A DNA stretch of 53,889 bases from Octopus bimaculoides (taxonomy: Eukaryota): positions 28,794,263-28,848,151 of the forward strand of contig NC_068990.1 of NCBI RefSeq assembly GCF_001194135.2, given 5' to 3'. The notes under the pieces were generated by a model that worked only from the letters and a program-made list of their open reading frames with translations, was not told the DNA's origin and made no database searches. The position numbers and the translations under genes are program-made. Positions 12,103 through 25,799 of the stretch are shown here, piece by piece; the stretch's first letter is position 1; each line of letters starts with the position of its first letter.

Positions 12103-12213
12103 TTTATTCTATCAGTATCTTTTGCTGAACCGCTAAGTTATGGGGACATAAACACACCAACACCATCATCAATTCGAGGTGGAGGACAAACACAGACACA
12201 ATTACACATATAA

Positions 12214-12297
<84 letters not shown>

Positions 12298-12410
12298 GAT
12301 GGGTTTCTTTTAGTTTCCGTCTGCCAAATCCACTCACAAGCCTAAGGTGCTACGCAGTGGGACTGAACCTGGAACCATGTGGTTGGGAAGCAAACTTTTT
12401 ACCACACATG
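12103..12410 (-). mobile_element. SINE A copy
   Basis: Reverse complement of the head and part of the 3' half, with a (CA)n spacer. Confidence 0.85.
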
Positions 12411-12431
12411 TTTATTCTTTTCTTTTTTTAA

Positions 12432-12657
12432 TTCTTTTACTTGACTCAGTCATTTAACTACAGCCATGCTGGAGCACCGCTTTCAGTCAAATAAATCAAC
12501 CCCAAGACTTAATCTTTGTAAGCCTAGTACCTACTCTATCAGTCTCTTTTGCCGAACTGCTAAGTTACAGGTACATAAACACACCAACATCGATGTCAAA
12601 CGATGGTGGGGGGACAATCACAAACACACAAATACATACATATTTCATATATATATA

Positions 12658-12730
<73 letters not shown>

Positions 12731-12892
12731 CAGGCTTCTTTCAGTTTCTGTCTACCAAATCCACTCACAAGGCTTTGGTTGGCCCGAGGCTATAGTAGAA
12801 AACACTTACCTAACGTGCCATGCCGTGGGGACTGAACCCAGAACCATGTTGCTGGGAAGCAAGTTTCTTACCACACAGCCACTCCTGTGCCT
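12432..12892 (-). mobile_element. SINE A full-length copy
   Basis: Both halves present with an expanded (TA)n spacer. Head reads ACCACACAGCCACTCCTGTGCC on the plus strand. Confidence 0.9.
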
Positions 12893-13420
12893 ATGTTTCT
12901 TTTTCTTTTTTTTTATTTCCTATACATGTAGATATGGAATTATTCATGCGGAATATTGAACCATATTGATCTCACCAATCTCAATCAAAGACTCTGCAAA
13001 GATCATGGCCAAAGTTCCTTCATCCTAATTAAACTCATAAACAAAAATCCTCTCTCTCACTCTCTTTCGTTACCTACCTCCCTTTCTCTCTCCCCATCTC
13101 TCTCTCTCTCTCTCTTTACACACACACACACGCGCACACACAAACACAGAAGACTGTTTATAAATCAATATATATCAAGAATGAAACATCTGGTGGAGAA
13201 TGTTTGACAATTGATGTTGAAGGAAAATTACGTAAGTCAACATTCCAGAGCCTTCAATACATGTATGCGAGTGTGTGCATATGTGCACGTGCCTGCACAC
13301 ACACACAAACATATATGCATATATTATATTCATATTACATATATACTGCATATATATATTTATATATATTTATGCACACGCATAAACATGCACATTCTCA
13401 CACACACATGCACAAATACA

Positions 13421-13545
13421 TAGTCATGGTTGTGTAATTAAGAAGTAGGTTCCCACCAAGTGTTTGGGGTTCAAACCCACTGTGTGATACCTTGCACCAA
13501 TTTTTTTGTGCTAAAACCTTGCAAGGGAATTCAGTGGATGGAAAC
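13421..13545 (+). mobile_element. SINE A head, decayed
   Basis: GGTTCAAACCCAC...GGAAACTGAAAGAAGCCCATC. Confidence 0.75.
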
Positions 13546-13572
13546 TGAAAGAAGCCCATCATAGATAGATAC

Positions 13573-13603
<31 letters not shown>

Positions 13604-13688
13604 CATGCATACATACATACATACATACATATATACATACATACATATCAGCAGTAGCAGAAGCATCATCATCATCATTATTGTTAAC

Positions 13689-13747
<59 letters not shown>

Positions 13748-13774
13748 AATAATAATACTAAATAATCCTTTCTA

Positions 13775-13980
13775 CTATAGGCACAAGGCCTGAAATTTGG
13801 GGAGGAAAACAGTCAATTACATCGACCCCAGTACTTGACTGGTACTTAATTTATCAACCCTGAAAGGATGAAAACCAAAGTTGACCATGGTGGAATTTGA
13901 ACTCAGAATGTAGTGACAGGGAAAATACCACTAAACATTTTGTCCACCGTGCTAACAATTTTGTCAGCTTGCCGCTTTCA
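13775..13980 (-). mobile_element. SINE B copy between (AAT)n arrays
   Basis: Reverse complement of the family B core and tail. Confidence 0.85.
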
Positions 13981-13994
13981 TAATAATAATAAGG

Positions 13995-14096
<102 letters not shown>

Positions 14097-14899
14097 GCAG
14101 CCCAAGATTAAAGCCTTCCTACCAGAAATCACCAAAAACATGTAATGTAAAGAAAAATGGAGGTGGTGACAATGATGATGATGAGGATGATGACGATGAT
14201 GATGACAATGATGATGGTAATTGTGGTGGTGGTGGTGGTGGTGGTGATTACAATGATGATGATAATGGTGATGATGGTGATGATGATGATGACAAGGATG
14301 ACATGTACGTACATGAGCATGTGCACGTTTGTAGATTATATTTCTTTTCTCCGATCAATTTCCAGAACAGTCTTTATTACAAACACTGACGTAGCGTTTC
14401 TGGAAAGCACAGAGCCATACCTGGCTTCTCACTACCCTCAATACTTCTTGGCATGGCTTTCATTGCTACCATCGAAATTGTGATTACTTACTAGCCATAA
14501 TTAACAATAAATTGCCTATTTCATTAATTTTACTTTCGCAACACTCCTGTAGAGAAAGGCCTTTGAATTAATCTTAATATGGAAAAATTCGAAATCTCCA
14601 TCACAGCTGGAAAGCTTGGTGTATTTACTAAAATCTTGATAGGCTTTCAGAGCTAATATATGCCTCCTAAATTAGCATTTCATTACTTATTAGAGTTGTA
14701 TGATTTAGTAGCACTGTATTACCTCGATATATGGTATTAACTTAGCATTTCTGAATAACTTATTTAGCATTTATGCAATTTATATTAGCAGTGTGGTAAA
14801 ATCACAGATGAGTAAAATTGCAGTCATCAATACATACAGGTTTGTCCTTTACAGGAGCTGGTGCCATTTAAAATGCACTCATTCTGGTGCTGCGTAAAT

Positions 14900-15100
14900 G
14901 CATTTGTGCTGGTGGTACTTAAAAAAAGTACCTGGCTCACTCTGTAAAGTGGTTGGCATGAGGAAGGGCATCCAGCCGTAGAAGTCATGCCAAAACAGAC
15001 ATAGATCCTAAGCAGCCCTTTCAGCTGGTCAGTGCCATGTCAAACCAGCCGACCCATGCCAGCATAGAAAATAGATGTTAAACAATGATGATGGTGGTGG
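14900..15100 (+). mobile_element. Family D copy
   Basis: GGAAGGGCATCCAGCCGTAGAAG...ACCCATGCCAGCATAGAAAA. Confidence 0.8.
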
Positions 15101-15194
15101 TGGTGGTGGTGATGATAACGACGGTGGTGGTGGTGGTGGTGGTGTATGTGTGTATGTAAAAGGGAGGTATGTGAATGTTTTTGTGCGTGTGTAT

Positions 15195-15330
15195 ATCCAC
15201 TTACAAGGCCTTGTTTAGCCTGAGGCCATAGTACAAGACACTTGCCCAAGGTGCCACACAGTGGAACTGAACCTGGAACCATGTGATTGGGAAGCAAGCT
15301 TCTTACCACACAGCTACTCCTGCACCTATG
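15195..15330 (-). mobile_element. SINE A head
   Basis: CACTTGCCCAAGGTGCCACACAGTGGAACTGAACC on the plus strand. Confidence 0.85.
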
Positions 15331-16361
15331 TATAAAGACACTACATGGATGTTTTACTCTGTGATTATTTACCACTACATTGTAATACAAAAGAAGGAAT
15401 CTCACTGAGAAATTAAATCAGTGTATATGCATTTAATAGCAAGCACAGTCAATATTTTAATACTAGTCTTCTAAATATATACACCTGCTTCCTTACATCA
15501 TCAACGATAAAAAATTTATTCTTCACAGCGAGGAGGAAGTGATGCAGCATCTGAGATGATAGGATGTCAGCCACTTCGCTGATGTCTGTTCAGTTTTTAT
15601 TGCATCTACATGACACAATGTCACACCTTGGTTAAAGGCAGTAAATCTCGACTATCTTCCTTTGCATGTCTGTAGAACAGGTAATAGAAGAAGCATATAG
15701 TTTGGCCATAAAGCATTGCGCTTAACTTGAAATGATGACTAGTTTCTTCATTCCAGTTTGCTAGATTGAAACCTAACAAACGATAAAACCTATATGTATA
15801 TAGTGGAATATAATATATGCAAATGTATATGTATATATGTATATATATACATATAGCTATGTATATATAGAATATAATATATATATATATATATATATAN
15901 NNNNNNNNNNNNNNNNNNNNNNNNNNNNNNNNNNNNNNNNNNNNNNNNNNNNNNNNNNNNNNNNNNNNNNNNNNNNNNNNNNNNNNNNNNNNNNNNNNNN
16001 NNNNNNNNNNNNNNNNNNNNNNNNNNNNNNNNNNNNNNNNNNNNNNNNNNNNNNNNNNNNNNNNNNNNNNNNNNNNNNNNNNNNNNNNNNNNNNNNNNNN
16101 NNNNNNNNNNNNNNNNNNNNNNNNNNNNNNNNNNNNNNNNNNNNNNNNNNNNNNNNNNNNNNNNNNNNNNNNNNNNNNNNNNNNNNNNNNNNNNNNNNNN
16201 NNNNNNNNNNNNNNNNNNNNNNNNNNNNNNNNNNNNNNNNNNNNNNATATATTTATATATACATATACAATAATAATGATGATGATAATAATAATAATAA
16301 TAATAATAACAATAACAATAATAATAATAATAATATTAATAATAATAATAATAATAATAAT

Positions 16362-16580
16362 CCTTTCTACTATAGGCACAAGGCTTGAAATTTTGGGGTG
16401 GGGAGGGCTAGTTGATTTCATCGACCCCAGTGTGTAACTGGTACTTATTTAATCGACCCTGAAAGGATGAAAGGCAAATTCGACCCCCAGCGGAATTTGA
16501 ACTCAGAACGTAGCGGCAGAAGAAATACTGCTAGGCATTTTCCCCAGCGTACTAATGATTCTGCTAGCTCACCACCTTGA
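16362..16580 (-). mobile_element. SINE B copy between (AAT)n arrays
   Basis: Reverse complement of the family B core and tail. Confidence 0.85.
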
Positions 16581-16582
16581 AA

Positions 16583-16653
<71 letters not shown>

Positions 16654-17027
16654 CAAAAATTCCTGAAAAAACAAATGATTTCATAATGTCATCTTTAATC
16701 TCTGTAGTTGCCATTATTATAGAACTTTGCTGTATATGTCAATAACATGGAAGGAGCTTTCGGTCTATAATTGAATTTGCATTTTTTTTATTCTAACCTT
16801 TTTTTGCTTATTTGTTTTGTTTTTCTTTTTTTTATTTTTATTTTTTTATTTTTCAAATATAAATCTTTAATTGAATCTTTTACATCATTCTGTCAGGATG
16901 GAAAATTTTGAATGCTTCAATAGGATTGGATATCAAAACTATTGGCCAATATCTGAGTGAGAGGGGGGAAAAACAACAAATTTATTGGAATTGTTATTGT
17001 TGTTGTTGTTGTTGCTGTTGTTGTTGT

Positions 17028-17245
17028 TAAGGTGTTGAGCTGGCAGAATCATCAGAGCATTGGACAAAATGCTTATTTTGCGGTATTTCTTCAAACTCGT
17101 TTCTTTCAGAGTTCAAACTCTGCTGAGGTTGACTTTCTCTTCCATCGTTTTGTGATCAATAAAATAGGTACCAGTTTATGCACTGGGGGTCGACTTCCCC
17201 TCCATTCAAAATTGCTGACCTTGTGCCAAAATTTGAAACTATTTT
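17028..17245 (+). mobile_element. SINE B copy
   Basis: AAGGTGTTGAGCTGGCAGAA...GGTACCAGTTTATGCACTGGGGGTCGAC. Confidence 0.8.
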
Positions 17246-17546
17246 TACTATTATGATTGTTCTTGTTATTACTGCTGTTTTTATTTTTATTATTATTATT
17301 ATTATCATCATCATATGAAAACTCACAGCTTATTTTGCTGGGTTTGATGGAAAGTGTCAGCTGTCCACAGCCAGCAGACTAAGGTGACACTTGTTTACTG
17401 GTCATGCTTCAAGAACCCTGATAAGAATTCTTGCAGTTCCAAGCAATGCTGATTTCAAGCAATGCTGATTTTTATCCTCATAGCATTTTTTGATGAATAA
17501 TATTATCTGTTATTATTTATAAACATAAATCTGTCCTCAAATATCT

Positions 17547-17588
17547 TACGCACCCTGTATATATATATATATATATACAGGGTGCGTA
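17547..17588. repeat. Perfect 42-bp palindrome
   Basis: TACGCACCCTG-(TA)10-CAGGGTGCGTA. Confidence 0.95.
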
Positions 17589-18654
17589 TATATATATCAA
17601 AGTACAAAAAGCAATTGTAGGTCTGGTCTTGTCAATGTATTAATAAACTTTTATTAATCTTATCTCCATCTTCTCTCTTGGTTTTTATAATATTAATAGT
17701 ATATATANNNNNNNNNNNNNNNNNNNNNNNNNNNNNNNNNNNNNNNNNNNNNNNNNNNNNNNNNNNNNNNNNNNNNNNNNNNNNNNNNNNNNNNNNNNNN
17801 NNNNNNNNNNNNNNNNNNNNNNNNNNNNNNNNNNNNNNNNNNNNNNNNNNNNNNNNNNNNNNNNNNNNNNNNNNNNNNNNNNNNNNNNNNNNNNNNNNNN
17901 NNNNNNNNNNNNNNNNNNNNNNNNNNNNNNNNNNNNNNNNNNNNNNNNNNNNNNNNNNNNNNNNNNNNNNNNNNNNNNNNNNNNNNNNNNNNNNNNNNNN
18001 NNNNNNNNNNNNNNNNNNNNNNNNNNNNNNNNNNNNNNNNNNNNNNNNNNNNNNNNNNNNNNNNNNNNNNNNNNNNNNNNNNNNNNNNNNNNNNNNNNNN
18101 NNNNNNNNNNNNNNNNNNNNNNNNNNNNNNNNNNNNNNNNNNNNNNNNNNNNNNNNNNNNNNNNNNNNNNNNNNNNNNNNNNNNNNNNNNNNNNNNNNNN
18201 NNNNNNNNNNNNNNNNNNNNNNNNNNNNNGGTTCATGAACTCATCGATGAAAATCCACTATCACATATAGAGAAAATTAATAAGTATAATATAATACAAA
18301 GTAAATATCATAAGATAATAATAAAACGACTACACGTGTTTCATAACTAAATTTAAAAACTCAATTAAATTGAATTTAAGTTTTTACCTGTAAATTTGGA
18401 TTTTTATCCCTAATAATATTATTATATATATATATATATCGTCATGGTACTCTGTCAGTTACAACGACAAGGGTTCCAGTTGATCCGACCAATGGAACAG
18501 CCAGCTTGTGAGATTAATATGCAAGTGGCTGAGCAATTTGTTGAGAGAGAAGTTAGGTACAAGAAGAATTTGTTGCTGTGTGCTGGTTTGGGCATGTGAT
18601 GTAAATGGATACCAACAGCTCCACAAAGAAGGGCCAATCTCTTTAAGTAGATAG

Positions 18655-18745
18655 AACACGTGGGAGTGGAAGACCCAGGAAGACAGAGGGTGAAGTACTG
18701 AAGAACGACCTCAGGATGCTGAACCTTTCAGGTGAGATGCCTGCT
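18655..18745 (+). pseudogene. RTE LINE ORF C-terminal remnant
   Basis: GSGRPRKTEGEVLKNDLRMLNL matches the RGRGRPRKTW...DL motif at the RTE C-terminus. Confidence 0.65.
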
Positions 18746-18889
18746 GCTTTGCTCTACTCAAAAAGACCCTGTAGCAGAAGTGATCTACACTGTCATTATG
18801 TGTGAGACGTTTCTGTTATGGGTTGCCGAGGCTTAAATACCCGGATATCGACTCCACTGGCCTTTTCGTTCCAGCAGGTCACATGACCT

Positions 18890-18911
18890 TGTGGTAGTGG
18901 TGGTAGTAGCT

Positions 18912-18963
<52 letters not shown>

Positions 18964-19002
18964 CAGCAGCAGCAGCAATGATGATGGCAATGGTGGCAAT
19001 GA

Positions 19003-19074
<72 letters not shown>

Positions 19075-19172
19075 CAATGATGGTGGTGGTGGTAGTAATA
19101 GTAGTAATAGTAGTAGCAATGGTGGTGGCAATGCTTGTGGTGGTGGTGGTGGCAATGCTTGTGGTGGTGGTG

Positions 19173-19212
<40 letters not shown>

Positions 19213-19245
19213 CAGTAGTAGTAGCAGCAGCAACAGCAACAACAT
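18890..19245. repeat. Compound (GTA/GTG/GCA)n trinucleotide array
   Basis: Direct reading. Confidence 0.97.
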
Positions 19246-19555
19246 CCAATAACAAATTATTTTTTTTTGATATTTTTCTTCCACTGCGCAGACAACAGCG
19301 GACTTTGATTTTTTCCAATAAATAATTCAGTATATATGAGGGTTACTACTTATTACATTGACCTTTGGTGGTTGTGTGAGATAAGAGAGAAGAAAAAGGA
19401 AACAGAAAAGAAAAGGAAAAAAAAAAAGGAGAGAGAAAGAGAAAGAGAAAATACATATATACATATATATATACATATATAAAATATAAAGAAATATAGA
19501 AAGAAGAGAAAGAGAAATAATAATTGAATTCTAATCAACAACAAATCTTTTGTAC

Positions 19556-19588
<33 letters not shown>

Positions 19589-19899
19589 CATACATACATG
19601 CATACATACATACACACACATAGATACATACGGAGAGACACACATATGTATGTATGTTATATGTATGTTTGTATGAATATTTATATGTATAAATATGTGT
19701 GTGTGTGTATTTATACATATATATATATACACACACACATATGCATATATATATAGATACATACTCAAATACTCTAAATACATACCTTTATACATATGTA
19801 TATATATGTATGTATGTATGTATATGCATGTATATGTATATATATTTACACATATATATGCATATATATGTGTATGTACATGTATGTATATATATATAA

Positions 19900-19943
<44 letters not shown>

Positions 19944-20040
19944 GCAAAGATATACACACACATACGTACATACATACATACATACATGAATGTGTGTATG
20001 TATGTATGTACATAAAAGTGTGCATACATATATGTGTGTG

Positions 20041-20072
<32 letters not shown>

Positions 20073-20082
20073 NNNNNNNNNN

Positions 20083-20123
<41 letters not shown>

Positions 20124-20621
20124 ATGTATACACACACAAACACATACACTTATATAGAGAGAGAGAGACAGAGAGAAAAAAGATTCATGCATTCATGTAT
20201 GTATGTATGAATGAATAAATGGAAAAAAAAAATGTAGGAAATTATGTAAAATGTAATTGTCTTTTTTATTTTTTTCCCCCCCCCAAAAAACCTTCATTGT
20301 CTGGTGGAAGCATTGCGATAGCTTTTTTCTTTTTCAGAAGCCTTTCTTCAGATTGACCCTTTAAAAAATCTATTTCAGGATAGTAGATGTTATTATCTGA
20401 CCATTTAACCAATCTCAGACTGACCATAAATAACATGATTTGTTCTAGGTTAGACATTCACAGCTGGCTGGCTGGCTGGCCAGTTTGTTGGTTGGCTGGT
20501 TTGCTGGTTGACTGGCTGGGGAGGTGAAGTGGGGGTAGGGTCGTTAACCAATTGTCTGACAGAGTTCAAACAGTTTGTCAGTTGGTCACTCTACTGGTTA
20601 GATTCTTGTATTCTTTTATTC

Positions 20622-20874
20622 TTTTACTCTTTTACTTGTTTCAGTCGTTTGACTGTGGCCATGCTGGAGCACTCTGCCTGGAAATGTTTTTCTTTTTATT
20701 AATTGAAGAAATCGACCACACCCACCCAAGACTTGCTCTTTGAAAGCCTAGTTACTACTTATTCTATTAATCTCTTTTGCCAAACTGCTAAGTTATGGGG
20801 ACATAAACACACCAACATTGGTTGTCATGCAATGGTGGAGGAACAAACACAGACACAAAGACACACACACAAAT

Positions 20875-20919
<45 letters not shown>

Positions 20920-21325
20920 GGCGCAGGAGTGGCTGTGTGGTAAAAGGCTTACTTACCAACCACATGGTTCCCAGGTTCACTCCCACTGCATGGCACCTTG
21001 GGCAAGCGTCTTCTACTATAGCCTCATGTCAACCAAAGCCTTGTGAGTGGATTTGGTAGATGGAAACTGAAAGAAGCCCATCAAATATATGTGTGTGTGT
21101 GTGTGTGTGTGTATGTGTGTGTGTATGCATGCATGTATGTATGTATGCATGCATATATGATGGGCTTGCTCACAGTTTCTATCTAACAAATTCACTCAGA
21201 AGGCGTTGGTCAGCCCAAGGTTATAGAAGAAGACACATGCCCAAGGTACTGCACAGAGGGATTGAACCCAGAACCATGTGGTCTCAAAGCAAACTTCTAA
21301 ACCATACAGTCACGTCTATACCAGC
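20622..21325 (-). mobile_element. SINE A (minus) with a second SINE A head nested in its spacer
   Basis: 3' half at 20622-20915 and head at 21140-21325 on the minus strand; a plus-strand head lies between them. Confidence 0.85.
20920..21082 (+). mobile_element. SINE A head, nested
   Basis: GGCGCAGGAGTGGCTGTGTGG...GAAGCCCATC directly after (CA)n. Confidence 0.9.
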
Positions 21326-21656
21326 ATTATTTATAATACTGAAACATTTCTGTTGCTTCCACCAGTAGACTTTAAAAACCAGAGAACTCTTAATCCATGT
21401 TGTCTATATTGTCCAACAATTTCAGTCAATTGATCTTGAAGCAGTTATCTTCCTTGTTTGTTTTTATTAGTTTTTTTTCAGCATCCCTAGAGCAAGTTTT
21501 TATCTACTGATTTCTTGGATAATATCAGTGGATTAAGAATTCTCATCTATGTTGCATTCATGAGACCATTCTGTTTTTTGTATTTAGTATGTTGAAGGAT
21601 CTCTTAAGTATTTTGCTTCAATCATATCAACATCTCTATATTCCCTTTATACATAA

Positions 21657-21726
<70 letters not shown>

Positions 21727-21805
21727 NNNNNNNNNNNNNNNNNNNNNNNNNNNNNNNNNNNNNNNNNNNNNNNNNNNNNNNNNNNNNNNNNNNNNNNNNN
21801 NNNNN

Positions 21806-21855
<50 letters not shown>

Positions 21856-22472
21856 GCACACATAAATACACATGCATGTATATATGCATATATATATGTA
21901 TATATATATATATATATATACATATGTATGTATTTATGTATGTATTTATGTCAAAATCATGACAGTCACAAATTCAATGTAAAACCTGCACATTGTAACA
22001 GTGTGGTGGGGTGGAAACATCTGGCTATGTGTGGAAAACCCTCAACTATCTTTTATACAGCGCTGTGTCAGATTTTATACCAAGTGACTACTCTCCTAAG
22101 TAAATTACCTTCACGACAGGTAGGGAACTCCATGTCTTTTCCATATTCAATTTATTCAGGTTTCTTAGTCTCCATAATAAGTTGCCTACACTGCTTGCTT
22201 GCAGCAGAGTTCACGCCTTCCGATGCAGGATCCCGGGTAGGTGGAGCAGAAGTTGGTAATCAGGCTTTCGTGAAGACGAGTTCTTACTCGTGAGAGGGAG
22301 AGAGATGGAGTAATGATGGGTGGTCATAGATGTTGAGATAGGGGTGGGGCCAGGAATTGGAATAATTGAAATAATGACAGTTGGTCACTCTTGTCAAGCT
22401 AGAGGTGGAGGGCAGTGCCCTTCTTCTGAGCAGTCATGTTTGCTAAACAATGAAGCCAAAAGAGAGAGAGAG

Positions 22473-22550
22473 AAAGAGAGTGAGTTTGTTATTTAGAAAG
22501 AGAGTGAGTTTGTTATTTAGAAAGAGAGTGAGTTTGTTATTTAGAAAGAG
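22473..22550 (+). repeat. 24-bp tandem repeat x3
   Basis: GAAAGAGAGTGAGTTTGTTATTTA. Confidence 0.95.
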
Positions 22551-23446
22551 GAGAGAGACTAGTTTAAAAATAGATAAATTATCTGTCTGTGGTGGACGAG
22601 GAGGAGGAAGAGGAGAATGAGAAGAGAGCAACAAAGTTTGTTATAAGAAAGTCTAGTTTAAAATAGATAAATAATTATTAGTTTTCGTTTAATTTCATTT
22701 CATGTCTCAGTAAAGTTAATCCATAAATAAATATATCTGTGATATCAACCATTATCACAGTTAACATCACTGTTATAGGAAATGCCAAAAAAATATGCAG
22801 GCAGACAGGCAGGCAGTCAGGCAGGCAGGCAGGCAGGCAGGCAGGCAAGCAGACAGACAGCCACTGTGTGTCTCTGTAACTTAGTGGGGTTTTACGGAAG
22901 AGTAAAATAGAAAGAAAAACACACATACCTCTACAAACACAGATATACAAGTGTACATGTGTGCATATGTGTGTGTGTGTATGTGTGCGTGCGTGCACAT
23001 GTGTGTGTGTGTGCTTGCGTGATTGCGTGTGTACATGTGTGTATGTGTATGTGTGTGTGTACCTTTGTAACTCTCTACATATTTGTGTGTCTATCTATCT
23101 ATCTATCTACATGCATACACACACACACACATCATCGTCATCAATATCAGCATCATCATCATTTAATATATTTAATATATATGCATACACACTTATATAT
23201 ATAAAGAGTGAGAGATTCATGCATACATACATACATGTAGGCTGGTATGCCTGGTCAACTGCTGGTCTTCCATAAACAACCTTACCTGGACTTGTGCCTC
23301 AGAGGGTAACTCTTTAGGTCCAATTCCATATTGAAGGGGGTCTTCACTCTTTAAATGGATATACTGTATACTAATTTAACATTGTAGTCTGCAATTTATT
23401 CCTTCAATTTCCAAAATGGTTGGCCAATGTAGTCTTCTTTCTTGCA

Positions 23447-23508
<62 letters not shown>

Positions 23509-23574
23509 CTCTTTCTATATATATATACATACATATATATACATATATATATACATATACATATTACATATAGA

Positions 23575-23735
23575 TCATCATCATCATCATCATCGTTTAA
23601 CGTCCGCTTTCCATGCTAGCATGGGTTGGACGACTTGACTGAGGACTGGTGAAACCGGATGGCAACACCAGGCTCCAATCTAAATTTGGCAGAGTTTCTA
23701 CAGCTGGATGCCCTTCCTAATGCCAACCACTTAGA
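23575..23735 (-). mobile_element. Family D copy
   Basis: Close reverse-complement match to 822-1005. Confidence 0.9.
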
Positions 23736-23821
23736 TATATATATATATATATATATTAATAGTATGAGACCTTGATATTATGTAAAAAGTGGAATTTATC
23801 TGTAAATAAAATATGTGACAA

Positions 23822-23905
23822 TTATTCGGTTGCCATAACGAAACTCTGAGTTTCGGATGTCAGGACAGAAATCTGCTCTGGTATCTCGTCAATTATTAAA
23901 ACAAA
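23822..23905. mobile_element. Probable mariner-type terminal fragment
   Basis: TATTCGGTTGCCATAACGAAAC resembles TATTAGGTTG-type TIRs; the second end was not found. Confidence 0.4.
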
Positions 23906-23931
23906 CAAAATATATAAATGCATGCACACAT

Positions 23932-23979
<48 letters not shown>

Positions 23980-24151
23980 ACACACGTGCATTCACATAGC
24001 TATATATACTTTCATATAACATATATACAAGTATGGAGAGCCAAAATTTAGATTCAGATGGATATGGTACTTGAGTTGAGGCACCAGAATTTAGTACGGT
24101 ATTATCCATACAATATCAAAGTGAGTGACCGAGAGAGAGAGGAAGAAAGAA

Positions 24152-24182
<31 letters not shown>

Positions 24183-24407
24183 AAGACAGAGACAATTGTA
24201 AAGATGTGTTAACAATTATCTCTGCATAATATAATAGGAAAGAGTGATAAGAAGAATTGGGAGAATAAGAAAGGAATGGTATTCAGCCATTAAAACTAAG
24301 CCAAAGCAAATAGCGGAGCGCAATATGGTTCTTCAACTTCGTCAGATCCTGTTGAATCATTCAACCAATGCCAGTACAGAAGACAGATATCAGGAGATTC
24401 TGCACAG

Positions 24408-24751
24408 GGAGTGGCTGTGTGGTAAGTAGCTTGCTTACCAACCACATGGTTCCAGGTTCAGTCCCACTGCGTGGCACCTGGGGCAAGTGTCTTCTACTAT
24501 AGCCTCGGGCCGACCAAAGCCTTGTGAGTGGATTTAGTAAATGGAAACTAAAAGAAGCCTGTCATGTGTATGTGTGTGTGTGTGTGTGTACTTGTGTGTC
24601 TGTGTTTGTTCCTCCCCTTCCCCATCATCGCTTGACAATTGATGTTGGTGTGTTCATGTCCCCGTAACTTAGTGGTTCAGCAAAAGAGACCAATAGAATA
24701 AGTTCTAGGCTTACAAAGAATAAGTCCTGGGGTTGATTTACTTGACTAAAG
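24408..24751 (+). mobile_element. SINE A, near full length, cut by a gap
   Basis: Head, (TG)n spacer and 3' half running up to the N-gap. Confidence 0.9.
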
Positions 24752-25073
24752 NNNNNNNNNNNNNNNNNNNNNNNNNNNNNNNNNNNNNNNNNNNNNNNNN
24801 NNNNNNNNNNNNNNNNNNNNNNNNNNNNNNNNNNNNNNNNNNNNNNNNNNNNNNNNNNNNNNNNNNNNNNNNNNNNNNNNNNNNNNNNNNNNNNNNNNNN
24901 NNNNNNNNNNNNNNNNNNNNNNNNNNNNNNNNNNNNNNNNNNNNNNNNNNNNNNNNNNNNNNNNNNNNNNNNNNNNNNNNNNNNNNNNNNNNNNNNNNNN
25001 NNNNATATATATATATTTATACATATACTAGTTGTAAAATCTCACGAGGAGACCAAAGCAATAACTATACTAA

Positions 25074-25110
<37 letters not shown>

Positions 25111-25799
25111 CACACACACATTTACAGAAGTATGTATGTGCGTTTATACACACATGCACACACGCACACACACACACGCATGCATACACACACATACACA
25201 TACATGCAAGCATGGAAAAGTGGACATTATAACAACGACGACGATGATGATGATGATGATGACAATAATGTACAACATAACACAATAAACATAACATAAA
25301 CATATTTTTTAAAAAATTACAAAAATCACGCATTTAATGATAGTTTATACTTTTCTGTCATCCAGCAACGGGGGTACATCTATACCCGGGTAATGATATT
25401 TCTGATATATCTAACACCAGTCAGAGTCTCTCGGTCCTGTTATCATGCTCGATTAAAAGAATAAAGATCTACAAGAATCTGATAGCCAGCAGTCACAATT
25501 ATGATGTTGTCAGTCTTTTAATAAGTCAGCATGGTATTTCTTCCAATATTCCAACTGGAAATCTTAAGCCAGTTCTTCTACCGTAATTATTTACACACAT
25601 ATATTTTCCGTTCTTCATTCGGTGCAACAACCAAATTATTATCGTTTACTTGCTTTTGTTGTTGTTGTTGATTTTGTTGTTGTTGTTGGTGGTGGTCGAT
25701 TGGTTGGTTAGTTGTTTTGCTTCCATTCTGTAATTTGCTTTTTTCTTTCTTCTGTATTTCTGACTGGTTTTTTTTTTTGTTACTATTTGCTTCAAACTA

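Noticed and set aside
15626-15776. Minus-strand exon candidate FNLANWNEETSHHFKLSAMLYGQ...
   Set aside because: Plausible splice sites, but no recognisable family and no joinable neighbours.
23638-23665. CTGAGGA...GAAACCGG hammerhead-like string in family D
   Set aside because: No stem II and no U16.1 or NUH site.
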